A stretch of 26,808 bases of DNA from IMG/VR virus record IMGVR_UViG_3300020043_003701, positions 1 to 26,808 of that record; one strand, written 5' to 3'. Under the pieces are notes generated by a model. The model saw nothing but the letters and a program-made list of their open reading frames with translations. It had not been told where the DNA came from and did not search any database. The stretch comes from a virus. Lineage: Duplodnaviria; Caudoviricetes. The first letter of the stretch is position 1, and the number at the start of each line of letters is the position of its first letter. Position numbers and translations under genes: made by a program. Below, in pieces: positions 6,320 through 13,498 of this stretch.

Positions 6320-6571
6320 TTACTCCAAGCGCTCAGCCGCGCATTCAGCGTAGCCAGAAATGTCATGCCAATGGTCGTGATGGTCTGGATTGCCATTCAG
6401 TACACGCGCAATCTTGTGAGCAATCATTTCCAACGCTTCGATTTGGTCTGGAGCCAACTCAAGGAGGCCATGCTCACGCATCACGGCTTTGAGCTGTTGG
6501 CTGATTACAGCGTGGGTTGAGAAGCTGCCATGAGTCTTTTGGCGCTGTTTGAGGGTCTTCTGTATTGTCAT
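6320..6571 (-). CDS. DUF6378-like protein (all-alpha, putative nucleotide hydrolase-related)
   Basis: R-x-x-THGSF...KIARVLNGNP-x-HHDHWHDISGYA. Confidence 0.75.
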   Translation of the reverse strand: MTIQKTLKQRQKTHGSFSTHAVISQQLKAVMREHGLLELAPDQIEALEMIAHKIARVLNGNPDHHDHWHDISGYAECAAERLE

Positions 6572-6921
6572 GCTATCTCCACGATAAGTTTACGGGTTGA
6601 TTTATCGCCAAATTGACGATGGATTTCGATGGGTTGGAAGAACTTGTCATTCACCATCAAGGCATCCGACAGTCCATCCAACGCACCTTTAGCTGCCGCT
6701 AGGCAGTTATCAGCATCACGCATCCGTTTGTCGGGCATGATGAATGTCAGCTTAAGGCGGATGTCTCCACCGTCATGCTTCCAATCTTTAATCTGGTGTT
6801 TGGCAAGCCATGTTGAACCTTCTCGGTAGTCACTGCGAGTTTGGTACAGCTTGGCCCAATGCGTTCCCTTTGCGCGGTTTGGGAATAGCTCGGCAGGAGG
6901 GAAGTCAAGTTCAATTCGCAT
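6568..6921 (-). CDS. rusA: RusA-family Holliday junction resolvase
   Basis: PDKRMRDADN...K-x-x-LDGL...NDK catalytic pattern. Confidence 0.85.
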   Translation of the reverse strand: MRIELDFPPAELFPNRAKGTHWAKLYQTRSDYREGSTWLAKHQIKDWKHDGGDIRLKLTFIMPDKRMRDADNCLAAAKGALDGLSDALMVNDKFFQPIEIHRQFGDKSTRKLIVEIA

Positions 6922-7204
6922 TCTTTGCTTTCTTTTGTTGTTCAGTCATGCGCCGCCTCAAATCCAAAGTAGCGAACTCGCCTCTGATTTTTTGCATTAC
7001 CGTTAAGTGGTCTTGCCACCAATTTGCAGCTCCACTCGCACCAATCGTCTTCGCTTTGTCCTTGTATCGTTTTATCCACTCTCGGGCTTCGCAGTCCCTC
7101 ATGTGTTCCAACTCCGCTTGAGTTATTCCGCCTTTGTAAGTGCTTGGGCGCTCCAGTGGTGGCCCAAACAGTCTTGGGGCTTCTTTCGGTTTTTTCGTTG
7201 CCAT
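6911..7204 (-). CDS. Hypothetical protein downstream of replication initiator, 97 aa
   Basis: HMRDCEAREW motif; occupies the usual helicase-loader position, function unknown. Confidence 0.75.
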   Translation of the reverse strand: MATKKPKEAPRLFGPPLERPSTYKGGITQAELEHMRDCEAREWIKRYKDKAKTIGASGAANWWQDHLTVMQKIRGEFATLDLRRRMTEQQKKAKNAN

Positions 7205-7207
7205 CGG

Positions 7208-7996
7208 TCATACCTTCATCCCCTTTGTCAATTCAGCCATCTTCGCCTTGATGTCGGCAGGCATTGGCACAGCCTTCTTTCGGTCTTCCGCAATCTTCTT
7301 GAGAGCAGCGTCTTGATTTGGCGGTGGCGGTGTAGTGGTATGCGCTACATCGAACTTGTTGCCAAACGGTTGCTTATCATGGATTTCAAAGACATCCTGC
7401 CAACCAGCGGTGATTGACTTCTCCAAGACCTTTTGGACATCCTGCCCGTTGGCCTTGAACTTTGCCAGTTTGTCAACCAAGAGCTTCATCGCATAGTCGG
7501 TTGCTGGCTTCTTGATTTTCTTTCGCATCGCCAAGTACGCAGCCCAAGTTTCCAAAGGCATCCAATCTGGCAAAACAACGGGAGCGTCAGCGACCTTCTC
7601 TTTTGTTTGTTTCTTGTTTATTGTTTCTTGTTTATTGTTTGGTTGAACGTCCGTTGGAACGTCCGTTGAGCGTCCGTTAGACCTGCGTTCAGCGGATGCT
7701 TTACCAGCGCGTGACGCTTGTTCGATTTTGGAGTGGTAGTGAGCGATTTCCTTGTCTGCTCGACTGTTGACATACCCATCGTCCGTCTTCTCAAAGAACT
7801 CATTGAGAACATCGCGAACGATTGGAGCGTCATCCCTCATGCCTATCTGTTTGGCAACAAGCGTTGCATCGCCGTTCAACGGGCGTTCGTGGAGATAGTA
7901 GAGGTCAAGAATCCTGCGATATGCCAAGTCTTCCAGCAAATCGAGATGCCGAGTGTGACTGGCGTAATCGCCAATGTTGAATTGGTAGTAGTGCAT
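7208..7996 (-). CDS. YdaU/DUF1376-family phage replication initiator, 262 aa
   Basis: MHYYQFNIGDY...AYRRILDLYY-x-x-E-x-PL N-terminal domain, low-complexity linker with iterons, C-terminal LPDW...W-x-x-Y-x-x-MRKKIKKP domain; start reassigned to 7996. Confidence 0.9.
   Translation of the reverse strand: MHYYQFNIGDYASHTRHLDLLEDLAYRRILDLYYLHERPLNGDATLVAKQIGMRDDAPIVRDVLNEFFEKTDDGYVNSRADKEIAHYHSKIEQASRAGKASAERRSNGRSTDVPTDVQPNNKQETINKKQTKEKVADAPVVLPDWMPLETWAAYLAMRKKIKKPATDYAMKLLVDKLAKFKANGQDVQKVLEKSITAGWQDVFEIHDKQPFGNKFDVAHTTTPPPPNQDAALKKIAEDRKKAVPMPADIKAKMAELTKGMKV
7600..7695. other. Putative lambdoid-type replication origin inside the initiator gene
   Basis: Three CGTCCGTT iterons (7648, 7660, 7671) next to an AT-rich tandem TTGTTTCTTGTTTA x2 (7607-7634). 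Confidence 0.75.
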
Positions 7997-8023
7997 ACCC
8001 GCCTTTGTGCGCCCCTTTGAGAA

Positions 8024-8093
8024 GAAACAATCGGCAGGAGAAGGGGGTAACTCTTTTCGGAGGGGGAGCAAATCCCCTCCTAGCCGCTGTTTC
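8024..8093. ncRNA. Candidate structured RNA in the leader of the replication gene
   Basis: Closing stem GAAACAATCGGCAGG / CCTAGCCGCTGTTTC enclosing hairpins GAGAAGGG-GGTAA-CTCTTTTC and GGAGGGGGA-GCAAA-TCCCCTCC; intergenic. Confidence 0.55.
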
Positions 8094-8111
8094 AAAAACT
8101 ATATCACAAAT

Positions 8112-8327
8112 TCAATGGATTTCTTCATCGCTGCTTCTAAGCATCATAAATCCAGCAAGAATTTCCGAGGCAAACCCATAAAGTTTTTCAGTGATGTCTA
8201 TGTCGCCATGAATGTCAACTGAAATTGTGTTTTCGCCTTTGTCGTTTTCTCCAAGGCAAAATCCAGCCTCAAAAGCGGCCTCCATGAAAAGTCCATCAAC
8301 TAACTTTTCAAAATCATCTTTTTGCAT
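8112..8327 (-). CDS. Acidic hypothetical protein, 71 aa
   Basis: Start reassigned to MQKDDF (AAGGAG RBS, TAATG overlap). Confidence 0.7.
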   Translation of the reverse strand: MQKDDFEKLVDGLFMEAAFEAGFCLGENDKGENTISVDIHGDIDITEKLYGFASEILAGFMMLRSSDEEIH

Positions 8328-8632
8328 TACTGCTCCTTGACAAAGATGCCTTCTGCGTTCATCGTACCCTTGCGGTCTTTGATTTCTTCGTAGGCAACCT
8401 TCAAGCATTCGACCAAGTTGATGTCCAACAAGGCGCAAATGTTGATGAGGCACACCACGGTATCCCCAACGCCATCAATCGCCATTGCAAGGTCATTCTT
8501 AACCAGCGCATCACGCAATTCGTCCAACTCCTCTGCGGCCTTTTTCCATTGGGCAATAGGGGTGCTGTTCGGAATAATCTTACGAGCCTCCGACCATTGG
8601 ATTACTTTCATTTCGACTTCTGCGTAACTCAT
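8327..8632 (-). CDS. MazG-like nucleotide pyrophosphohydrolase
   Basis: K-x-x-EE-x-x-EL...DGVGD-x-x-V-x-L...AYEEIKDRKG...FVKE; start at MSYAEVE. Confidence 0.85.
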   Translation of the reverse strand: MSYAEVEMKVIQWSEARKIIPNSTPIAQWKKAAEELDELRDALVKNDLAMAIDGVGDTVVCLINICALLDINLVECLKVAYEEIKDRKGTMNAEGIFVKEQ

Positions 8633-8841
8633 TTTTGACCTTTTTTCCACGCTTCCCATGCAAGGATAGCTTTTCGTGATATTGAATGCGAAATTTCGCT
8701 GTGATAAGGCGACTGCTCAGAATTGAGAAACGCATTTACCGCATGAATGATACCAAGCGAGGCTTCATGCTGTTCGGCATCAAACTTAGTGAAAAACACT
8801 CTGCTGTCGCTAGTCTGGAAGACTTCAATTTTTTCTATCAT
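8629..8841 (-). CDS. Hypothetical protein, 70 aa
   Basis: FQTSD-x-x-x-F-x-x-x-x-DA-x-x-HE motif; ATGA overlaps. Confidence 0.75.
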   Translation of the reverse strand: MIEKIEVFQTSDSRVFFTKFDAEQHEASLGIIHAVNAFLNSEQSPYHSEISHSISRKAILAWEAWKKGQK

Positions 8842-9008
8842 TTCTTTTCCTCTTTGGTGAACCATTCAGGCTTGATGTAACGAAGCTCATACTCTCGCCC
8901 CCTTGGGATGTCTTCACCCCAATGAGACACAGCACCCTTTGTGATGCCGAGAATCTTGGCAAGTTTGATGGCACTGCCAGCCAATTTGATTGCGTCTTGT
9001 TTTTTCAT
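8838..9008 (-). CDS. cro: Cro-like HTH transcriptional regulator, 56 aa (not in ORF track)
   Basis: MKKQDAIKLAGSAIKLAKILGITKGAVSHWGEDIPRGREYELRYIKPEWF: P22/N15-Cro-type HTH; first gene of the replication operon. Confidence 0.9.
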   Translation of the reverse strand: MKKQDAIKLAGSAIKLAKILGITKGAVSHWGEDIPRGREYELRYIKPEWFTKEEKK

Positions 9009-9133
9009 GTGTCGGATTATAGTTGATTTCTCTATACTGGTATAGACCCTTCAACTTAGTCGGGATTACTTTACTCGACTGTTTAGTTGTGTATACTACG
9101 TTTGTCCGATGCGGATGTTAAACAGGAAAAGAC
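9009..9133. promoter_or_regulatory. Divergent promoter/operator region
   Basis: Minus-strand TATAAT at 9016-9021; palindrome TCTATAC-TG-GTATAGA at 9031-9046; plus-strand TTTACT (9070-9075) and TGTG-TATACT (9092-9097). Confidence 0.7.
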
Positions 9134-9385
9134 ATGAAAAACCTAACCAGCAGTTTCATTCATTACCTTGATGAATGGTCAACAGAAACTTACCCTGACG
9201 TTCTGGTGAACTATGAATTCTCAGAAGGCGACAAGTCAGTGGGCGAACCAGACTCATTTGAGATTTGTGTTATTCGCAACAAAAAAGACATTTGGGCCGA
9301 CCTCACGCCTTCCGAACAAGATGAGATTGAGCAATACTGTGAAGTTGACATGAAACGAGTCATTGAAGAATGGAATCAGCCATGA
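9134..9385 (+). CDS. Acidic hypothetical protein, 83 aa
   Basis: AGGA RBS; first gene of plus-strand operon; no HTH, so not a CI. Confidence 0.8.
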   Translation: MKNLTSSFIHYLDEWSTETYPDVLVNYEFSEGDKSVGEPDSFEICVIRNKKDIWADLTPSEQDEIEQYCEVDMKRVIEEWNQP

Positions 9386-9573
9386 ACAACACTACCCGTA
9401 TGTACCCACGCACAATGGACGAAGCATTCCCAAACACTGTTGAACACAACGCCATGCTTGAGCGTTCAGTGTGGTTTGAAGCCCACACTCCAAAGGAAAT
9501 CAGTACAGAATTTTGGGGCTATGTGGCACTTTCTTTCTTTGCTGGCTACCTTTTCTTCAAGATTTGGGGATAA
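9382..9573 (+). CDS. Small protein with C-terminal TM helix, 63 aa
   Basis: TTRMYPRTMDEAF motif; ATGA overlap. Confidence 0.75.
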   Translation: MNNTTRMYPRTMDEAFPNTVEHNAMLERSVWFEAHTPKEISTEFWGYVALSFFAGYLFFKIWG

Positions 9574-9574
9574 C

Positions 9575-9781
9575 ATGGATGCCCAGATTTTGTTGGACAA
9601 AGCAAAGACTGCTTCTGAATTTCATTCAAATGAAGCCAATGACAGACTTGCATTCAGGGTTGGCTACCTTGAAACAACAGTCAGACAGCTATGCCACTTG
9701 CTTGAAGACACCGAAGAAATCATGTACCGCCAACGCGAATTGATTGAACAAATGAAAAAAGGTCATTCCGCAGACCTGTAA
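9575..9781 (+). CDS. Hypothetical coiled-coil protein, 68 aa
   Basis: DRLAFRVGYLE motif; GGGGA RBS; start reassigned to 9575. Confidence 0.7.
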   Translation: MDAQILLDKAKTASEFHSNEANDRLAFRVGYLETTVRQLCHLLEDTEEIMYRQRELIEQMKKGHSADL

Positions 9782-9807
9782 TTGCGGTTTTTAAACGAAA
9801 GAAGAAA

Positions 9808-10410
9808 ATGGGTTTTATTGCAAAAGACAAAGGTAATGCTGATTTCAAACGCATTCCAGTTGGCTCTCACGTTGCTCGTTGCTACCTCTTGGTGGACATG
9901 GGCGAACAACTCCAAGACGGCAAGTATGGTCAAACCGTACAACACAAAATCCGTTTGGGTTGGGAAGTGTTCGGAGAAGACGAAACAGGCGCACCCCTGA
10001 CGGTCGAAATTGAAGGCGTACAGCGTCAAATGACCATTGGGAAGACCTACACCCTATCCCTCAACGAAAAGGCTGGTCTACGCAAGGATTTAATCTCTTG
10101 GCGCGGTCGTGATTTCACACCCGAGGAGCTGGAAGGCTTCGACATCACAAACATCTTGAATGTTTACTGTATGTTGAACATCACCACCAGCGAAAAAGAC
10201 GGCAAGACATACACCAATATCTCCGCCATCACTCCGCTTCCATCTTCCATGAAGAACTTGAAGCCACAACCAGACCATGAAGTTGTCATGTTCAACCTTG
10301 ACGAACCTGATTGGCAAGTGTTTGAGGCTTTGCCTGATTGGTTGGCCGACACTATCAAGAAGTCCCCACAGTACGCAGAATTGGCCGCAATGCCACGCGA
10401 AGGGTTCTAA
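9808..10410 (+). CDS. NGO0469-like phage replication / ssDNA-binding protein
   Basis: P-x-G-x-H-x-ARC-x-x-x-VD-x-G-x-Q...YTLSLNEKA-x-LRKDL-x-SWRG-x-x-FT-x-EEL-x-GFD. Confidence 0.75.
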   Translation: MGFIAKDKGNADFKRIPVGSHVARCYLLVDMGEQLQDGKYGQTVQHKIRLGWEVFGEDETGAPLTVEIEGVQRQMTIGKTYTLSLNEKAGLRKDLISWRGRDFTPEELEGFDITNILNVYCMLNITTSEKDGKTYTNISAITPLPSSMKNLKPQPDHEVVMFNLDEPDWQVFEALPDWLADTIKKSPQYAELAAMPREGF

Positions 10411-10902
10411 ATGACATCCCTCTATCAACTCAGCCATGTGTTTCGCAATCAGCTTGACGACCTGTTCGACGAGGACGGCGTAGCCAAGCCTGAGTTTGAG
10501 AAGTTCCGTGTTCAGCTTGGCAGCAAGATTACACAGGTTGCGGCCTATGTACTGAACACTGAATCAGAGGCAGAACAAGCCAAGAGCGCCATCAAGCGTA
10601 TCAAGGCTCTCCAAACATCAAGGGAAAACAAGGCCAAACGGCTTCGTGAGTACCTTGCTGACAACATGAAAGTCTCAGGCATCACAGAGATTAAAGCCGA
10701 TGATGGCTCTTTTGAAGTGAAGCTGTATGTTGGCCGCGACGAGTCGGTTGAGATTGACGAAGGGGCAACCTTTCCACCCGAGCTTTGCAGCGACCCAAAG
10801 CCACCAGAGCCAAGCAAAACCAAGATTAAAAATGCAATCTTGGCTGGCGAAGCTATTGGCGGCGCACAGATTGTTCGCAAAGACCGTTTAACCATCAAAT
10901 AG
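10411..10902 (+). CDS. Siphovirus Gp157 family protein
   Basis: MTSLYQL, long coiled coil, RLREYL-x-x-NM, K-x-x-IK-x-AI-x-AGE-x-I-x-GA...L-x-IK. Confidence 0.85.
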   Translation: MTSLYQLSHVFRNQLDDLFDEDGVAKPEFEKFRVQLGSKITQVAAYVLNTESEAEQAKSAIKRIKALQTSRENKAKRLREYLADNMKVSGITEIKADDGSFEVKLYVGRDESVEIDEGATFPPELCSDPKPPEPSKTKIKNAILAGEAIGGAQIVRKDRLTIK

Positions 10903-10910
10903 GACATCAC

Positions 10911-11039
10911 ATGAAAAAACTCATTGCTATCGCTCTCTTGGTTGCTTCTGGCATTGCCGCTGCTTCTTGCCCTCAATATGCTCCATACCGCTGCTATGTC
11001 GGCATGAATGGTAAGCAAATTTGTGGATGCGGCGTATGA
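10911..11039 (+). CDS. Secreted Cys-rich micropeptide, 42 aa (not in ORF track)
   Basis: AGGA RBS; MKKLIAIALLVASGIAAA-SCPQYAPYRCYVGMNGKQICGCGV; ATGA overlap with next gene. Confidence 0.8.
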   Translation: MKKLIAIALLVASGIAAASCPQYAPYRCYVGMNGKQICGCGV

Positions 11040-11227
11040 CAGACCAAACCACTCCAGAAGTCGCGGAATCAGACCGTGAAGACTTCAAAATGTTCCTTGC
11101 TTTTGCAACACAAGGCATCCTCACCCAAATTCCATTTGGCGTGAATGTTGACCCTATTGCAGTTGTTCAGGCGGCTAAAAATACAGCTCTCGCTATGGTT
11201 GCGGCCAAAAACGAAGCATTCAAATAA
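11036..11227 (+). CDS. Hypothetical protein, 63 aa
   Basis: Start reassigned to MTDQ (ATGA overlap). Confidence 0.7.
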   Translation: MTDQTTPEVAESDREDFKMFLAFATQGILTQIPFGVNVDPIAVVQAAKNTALAMVAAKNEAFK

Positions 11228-11241
11228 GACAGGAAATTACA

Positions 11242-11457
11242 GTGGCTACACAGCGCATTTATTTGGTCGGCACTCCAAGTGGCGACATTCGATTGGTCAA
11301 GGCAAGTGTTCGCTCACAGGCTTTGTCTCACGTTGCAAACTCTATGCTGACTCTCCGTGTGGCAACACAGGATGATTTGGTTGATGCAATCAGCAAAGGT
11401 TGCTCAGTGGAGAACGCAAAAGCTCCAGAACAAATGGACATCGAAGAAACGAAGTAA
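11242..11457 (+). CDS. Conserved-type small phage protein, 71 aa
   Basis: RIYLV...RLVKA-x-x-x-SQAL-x-HVA...VATQDDLV; AGGA RBS, GTG start. Confidence 0.8.
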   Translation: MATQRIYLVGTPSGDIRLVKASVRSQALSHVANSMLTLRVATQDDLVDAISKGCSVENAKAPEQMDIEETK

Positions 11458-11464
11458 GTTTCAC

Positions 11465-11558
11465 GGGGGGAAAGCGGATGCTGAGAACGTGGTGAACATA
11501 AGAAACCACGAGTTGAATCGCTGGTATCGAATCCAGCCCAGACGTAGCGAGTACCCCC
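11465..11558 (+). ncRNA. Candidate structured intergenic RNA
   Basis: GGGGG/CCCCC closing stem, GAA opposite AGTA, CTG/CAG, and two hairpins CGTGGT/ACCACG and GCTGG/CCAGC. Confidence 0.6.
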
Positions 11559-11579
11559 ACCTATAAAAAAGGACAAGAT

Positions 11580-11849
11580 ATGACACAACATGAATTTGAT
11601 GACTGGATTTCGGAGAACCCACAGATATTCAAAGCCTTTTGCGATGAGGCAATCAAGGCCGCATTAAAAGGTTTCAAGCATTACTCAGCGAGGACAATCA
11701 TTGAGTTTTTGCGCCACCACACAAATCTTCGCGAAGCCTCTGGGGGATTCAAAATAAACAATGATGCCGTCCCATACATGGCTCGATTGTTCAAAGAAAA
11801 TCACCCCCACTTGGGCAACTTTTTTGAGTATCGGAGTAAAGCAAAATGA
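11580..11849 (+). CDS. Conserved-type hypothetical phage protein, 89 aa
   Basis: ENP-x-IF-x-x-F...HYSARTIIE-x-LR-x-HT...FKINN...ARLF...FFE-x-R. Confidence 0.85.
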   Translation: MTQHEFDDWISENPQIFKAFCDEAIKAALKGFKHYSARTIIEFLRHHTNLREASGGFKINNDAVPYMARLFKENHPHLGNFFEYRSKAK

Positions 11850-11923
11850 TTGACATAACTGACTATCACATCCTTGCGGCCATGGTCGCTTTTGCAGCGT
11901 TTGTAGATTGGATTTTCTGGTGA
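11846..11923 (+). CDS. Small membrane peptide, 25 aa
   Basis: MIDITDYHILAAMVAFAAFVDWIFW; GGAG RBS, ATGA and GTGA overlaps. Confidence 0.55.
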   Translation: MIDITDYHILAAMVAFAAFVDWIFW

Positions 11924-12039
11924 AAGCATTTTTAGACCTTGTAACAAGCGTCATGTTTACGGCGCTATTTCTTGTTGGCCTTGGGCTTCTATGCAAGATT
12001 CTTTGGCTGTCAGTTGTGTTTGGATGGGAGTTGCTGTGA
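11920..12039 (+). CDS. Small membrane peptide, 39 aa
   Basis: MKAFLDLVTSVMFTALFLVGLGLLCKILWLSVVFGWELL; GTGA overlaps at both ends. Confidence 0.6.
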   Translation: MKAFLDLVTSVMFTALFLVGLGLLCKILWLSVVFGWELL

Positions 12040-12233
12040 GCATCAACGCATTTCATCCAGCCTACGTTGAAACCTATATGCCAGAGTTCATGTCAACCAT
12101 TCGTAAGGAGGCGGGACAAAAAGCAAATGGGCAAAAGTTTGGCTCTCTTTCTCGCTCTAAGCAGCCATCATTGGAAAACACTGAGTTCCATATTTACTCA
12201 AAGGCAGGGATGCCAAAAGGTGTAAAGAAATGA
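12036..12233 (+). CDS. Hypothetical protein, 65 aa
   Basis: Start reassigned to GTG 12036 (GGGAG RBS); MSINAFHPAYV. Confidence 0.65.
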   Translation: MSINAFHPAYVETYMPEFMSTIRKEAGQKANGQKFGSLSRSKQPSLENTEFHIYSKAGMPKGVKK

Positions 12234-12535
12234 AGCCTCATAAACACGCAGAACTCATCAAGGCTTGGGCAGATGGCGCTTTGATTGAATACTGGAGCAA
12301 GACCACTAAACAATGGACTGACGTTGAAGCGGTAAACCCATATTGGAGAGAAACAACAGATTACCGAATCAAGCCAATGCAAGACGTTGTTAGGTCTTTT
12401 AGGCTTGAATGTCATTCATGGGTAGGAATCAGATTTAATGAATCAAGCGAATTGTTGAGAAAAGAAGATGAACAATGGATTCGAGTGCTTTTTGATGGAG
12501 AAACTTGCAAAATAAAGTCAGTGGAGGTTCTATGA
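12230..12535 (+). CDS. Conserved-type hypothetical phage protein, 101 aa
   Basis: KPHKHAELIKAWADGA-x-IEY...P-x-W...YRIKP. Confidence 0.85.
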   Translation: MKPHKHAELIKAWADGALIEYWSKTTKQWTDVEAVNPYWRETTDYRIKPMQDVVRSFRLECHSWVGIRFNESSELLRKEDEQWIRVLFDGETCKIKSVEVL

Positions 12536-12717
12536 GTGACGGAGGAAAAGGCAGCGCACCAAGACCTTTCAGCGTAGACAAAAACACATTCGACAAACAC
12601 TTTGAAAACATCTTCGGTAAAAAACATGACAAAAATCAAGACAGTACTAGCTCCCAATGCACCTTGGCCCAACAAAAAGAAGGAGCCAAAGCCGAAGTCG
12701 AAACCAAAGACAAATGA
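12532..12717 (+). CDS. Small phage protein (MSDGGKGSAPRP type)
   Basis: GGAGG RBS, ATGA overlap; N-terminal 30 aa match a recurrent phage micro-family. Confidence 0.7.
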   Translation: MSDGGKGSAPRPFSVDKNTFDKHFENIFGKKHDKNQDSTSSQCTLAQQKEGAKAEVETKDK

Positions 12718-12802
12718 AAACAAATGCAAAATTGCCGTCAGCCTTAGAGAGCGTGATGTCGCTACGGGGCGACTCAAGGGTTCTCAGCGGCTATCAGGGT
12801 AG
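12626..12802 (+). CDS. Basic Pro/Lys-rich hypothetical protein, 58 aa
   Basis: VLAPNAPWP motif; overlaps neighbours in other frames. Confidence 0.5.
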   Translation: MTKIKTVLAPNAPWPNKKKEPKPKSKPKTNENKCKIAVSLRERDVATGRLKGSQRLSG

Positions 12803-12917
12803 AGAACAGAACCTTGCAAAAGTCACAAGACAAATCTTGTGGCGATGCAAGGTCTGTGATGAATACTTTGAAACATTAGGCGAAGCAAAGGAGCATCTAA
12901 TTGGAAAACGTCATTAA
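12756..12917 (+). CDS. Small C2H2-type zinc-finger-like protein, 53 aa
   Basis: WRCKVCDEYFETLGEAKEHLIGKRH; start uncertain. Confidence 0.6.
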   Translation: MSLRGDSRVLSGYQGREQNLAKVTRQILWRCKVCDEYFETLGEAKEHLIGKRH

Positions 12918-12996
12918 CCTAGTTGCATTCATGTTTGCTGTTGCCATCATTGCGGTTACAGCATTTCTGATTTCCGTCAACTATCTGTCTCGATAG
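12901..12996 (+). CDS. Small membrane peptide, 31 aa
   Basis: AAGGAG RBS 7 nt before TTG; MENVINLVAFMFAVAIIAVTAFLISVNYLSR; overlaps lysozyme 3' end. Confidence 0.55.
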   Translation: MENVINLVAFMFAVAIIAVTAFLISVNYLSR

Positions 12997-13498
12997 AAGA
13001 CTCAAAGAGCTTGCGTTCAGCAGTGCGACGAAGCACAAGGCCGCGCAGCTCTTTCCCGCCAGCCTTTGTCCAACTCATAAATGCTTCGGCAGCGGCATCC
13101 CACTCACCTCTACCAATCTTCATCCGAATAGTAGACCGCTGAAAATTCCCCAATCCGACATTGAAGGAAAACGCAACGCAAGCGTCGAAAGCACCTTGAC
13201 GACCAACCAAATTGGGAGCAAGTCTAAGAACACCAGATTCAAAACTTCGGATGTCCTTTCTGAATATCTCTTTGAGTTCATCTTTGCTCCACACTCTGTT
13301 GTCTTCTGGTTTTAAGGGGTACTCGGGTCTGAGCATCCCTGTGTAGCCTTCCTTGCGAACAATAGGGTATTTGATTTGGTCTTGGTAAATCACATGACCC
13401 CAACCAATCGTCCACATGGCGGCGCTGCACTGGTAGGGCTTATCACGATAGCCCTCAAACTTGTGCATCAGCTCAATGCCTTCGTTGCTGGTAATCAT
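12977..13498 (-). CDS. Endolysin, GH24 phage lysozyme
   Basis: FEG-x7-C-x4-WTIGWGH (E-x8-C-x5-T triad), FDA-x-V-x-FSFNVG, W-x-KAGGK-x-L-x-GL-x-x-RR-x-AE. Confidence 0.95.
   Translation of the reverse strand: MITSNEGIELMHKFEGYRDKPYQCSAAMWTIGWGHVIYQDQIKYPIVRKEGYTGMLRPEYPLKPEDNRVWSKDELKEIFRKDIRSFESGVLRLAPNLVGRQGAFDACVAFSFNVGLGNFQRSTIRMKIGRGEWDAAAEAFMSWTKAGGKELRGLVLRRTAERKLFESSIETDS

Noticed and set aside
4875-8453. Long upstream starts in the ORF track (5522, 4954, 8095, 8453)
   Set aside because: Extensions overlap other genes or the RNA element; internal ATGs have RBS, coupling or family-typical N-termini
9134-9385. CI repressor at the position opposite cro
   Set aside because: No HTH or S24 peptidase motifs; the protein is short and acidic
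11465-11560. tRNA, tmRNA or hammerhead ribozyme call
   Set aside because: No cloverleaf or anticodon arm, T-like hairpin is not adjacent to the acceptor-like stem, no encoded CCA, and no CUGANGA core; kept only as an unnamed RNA candidate
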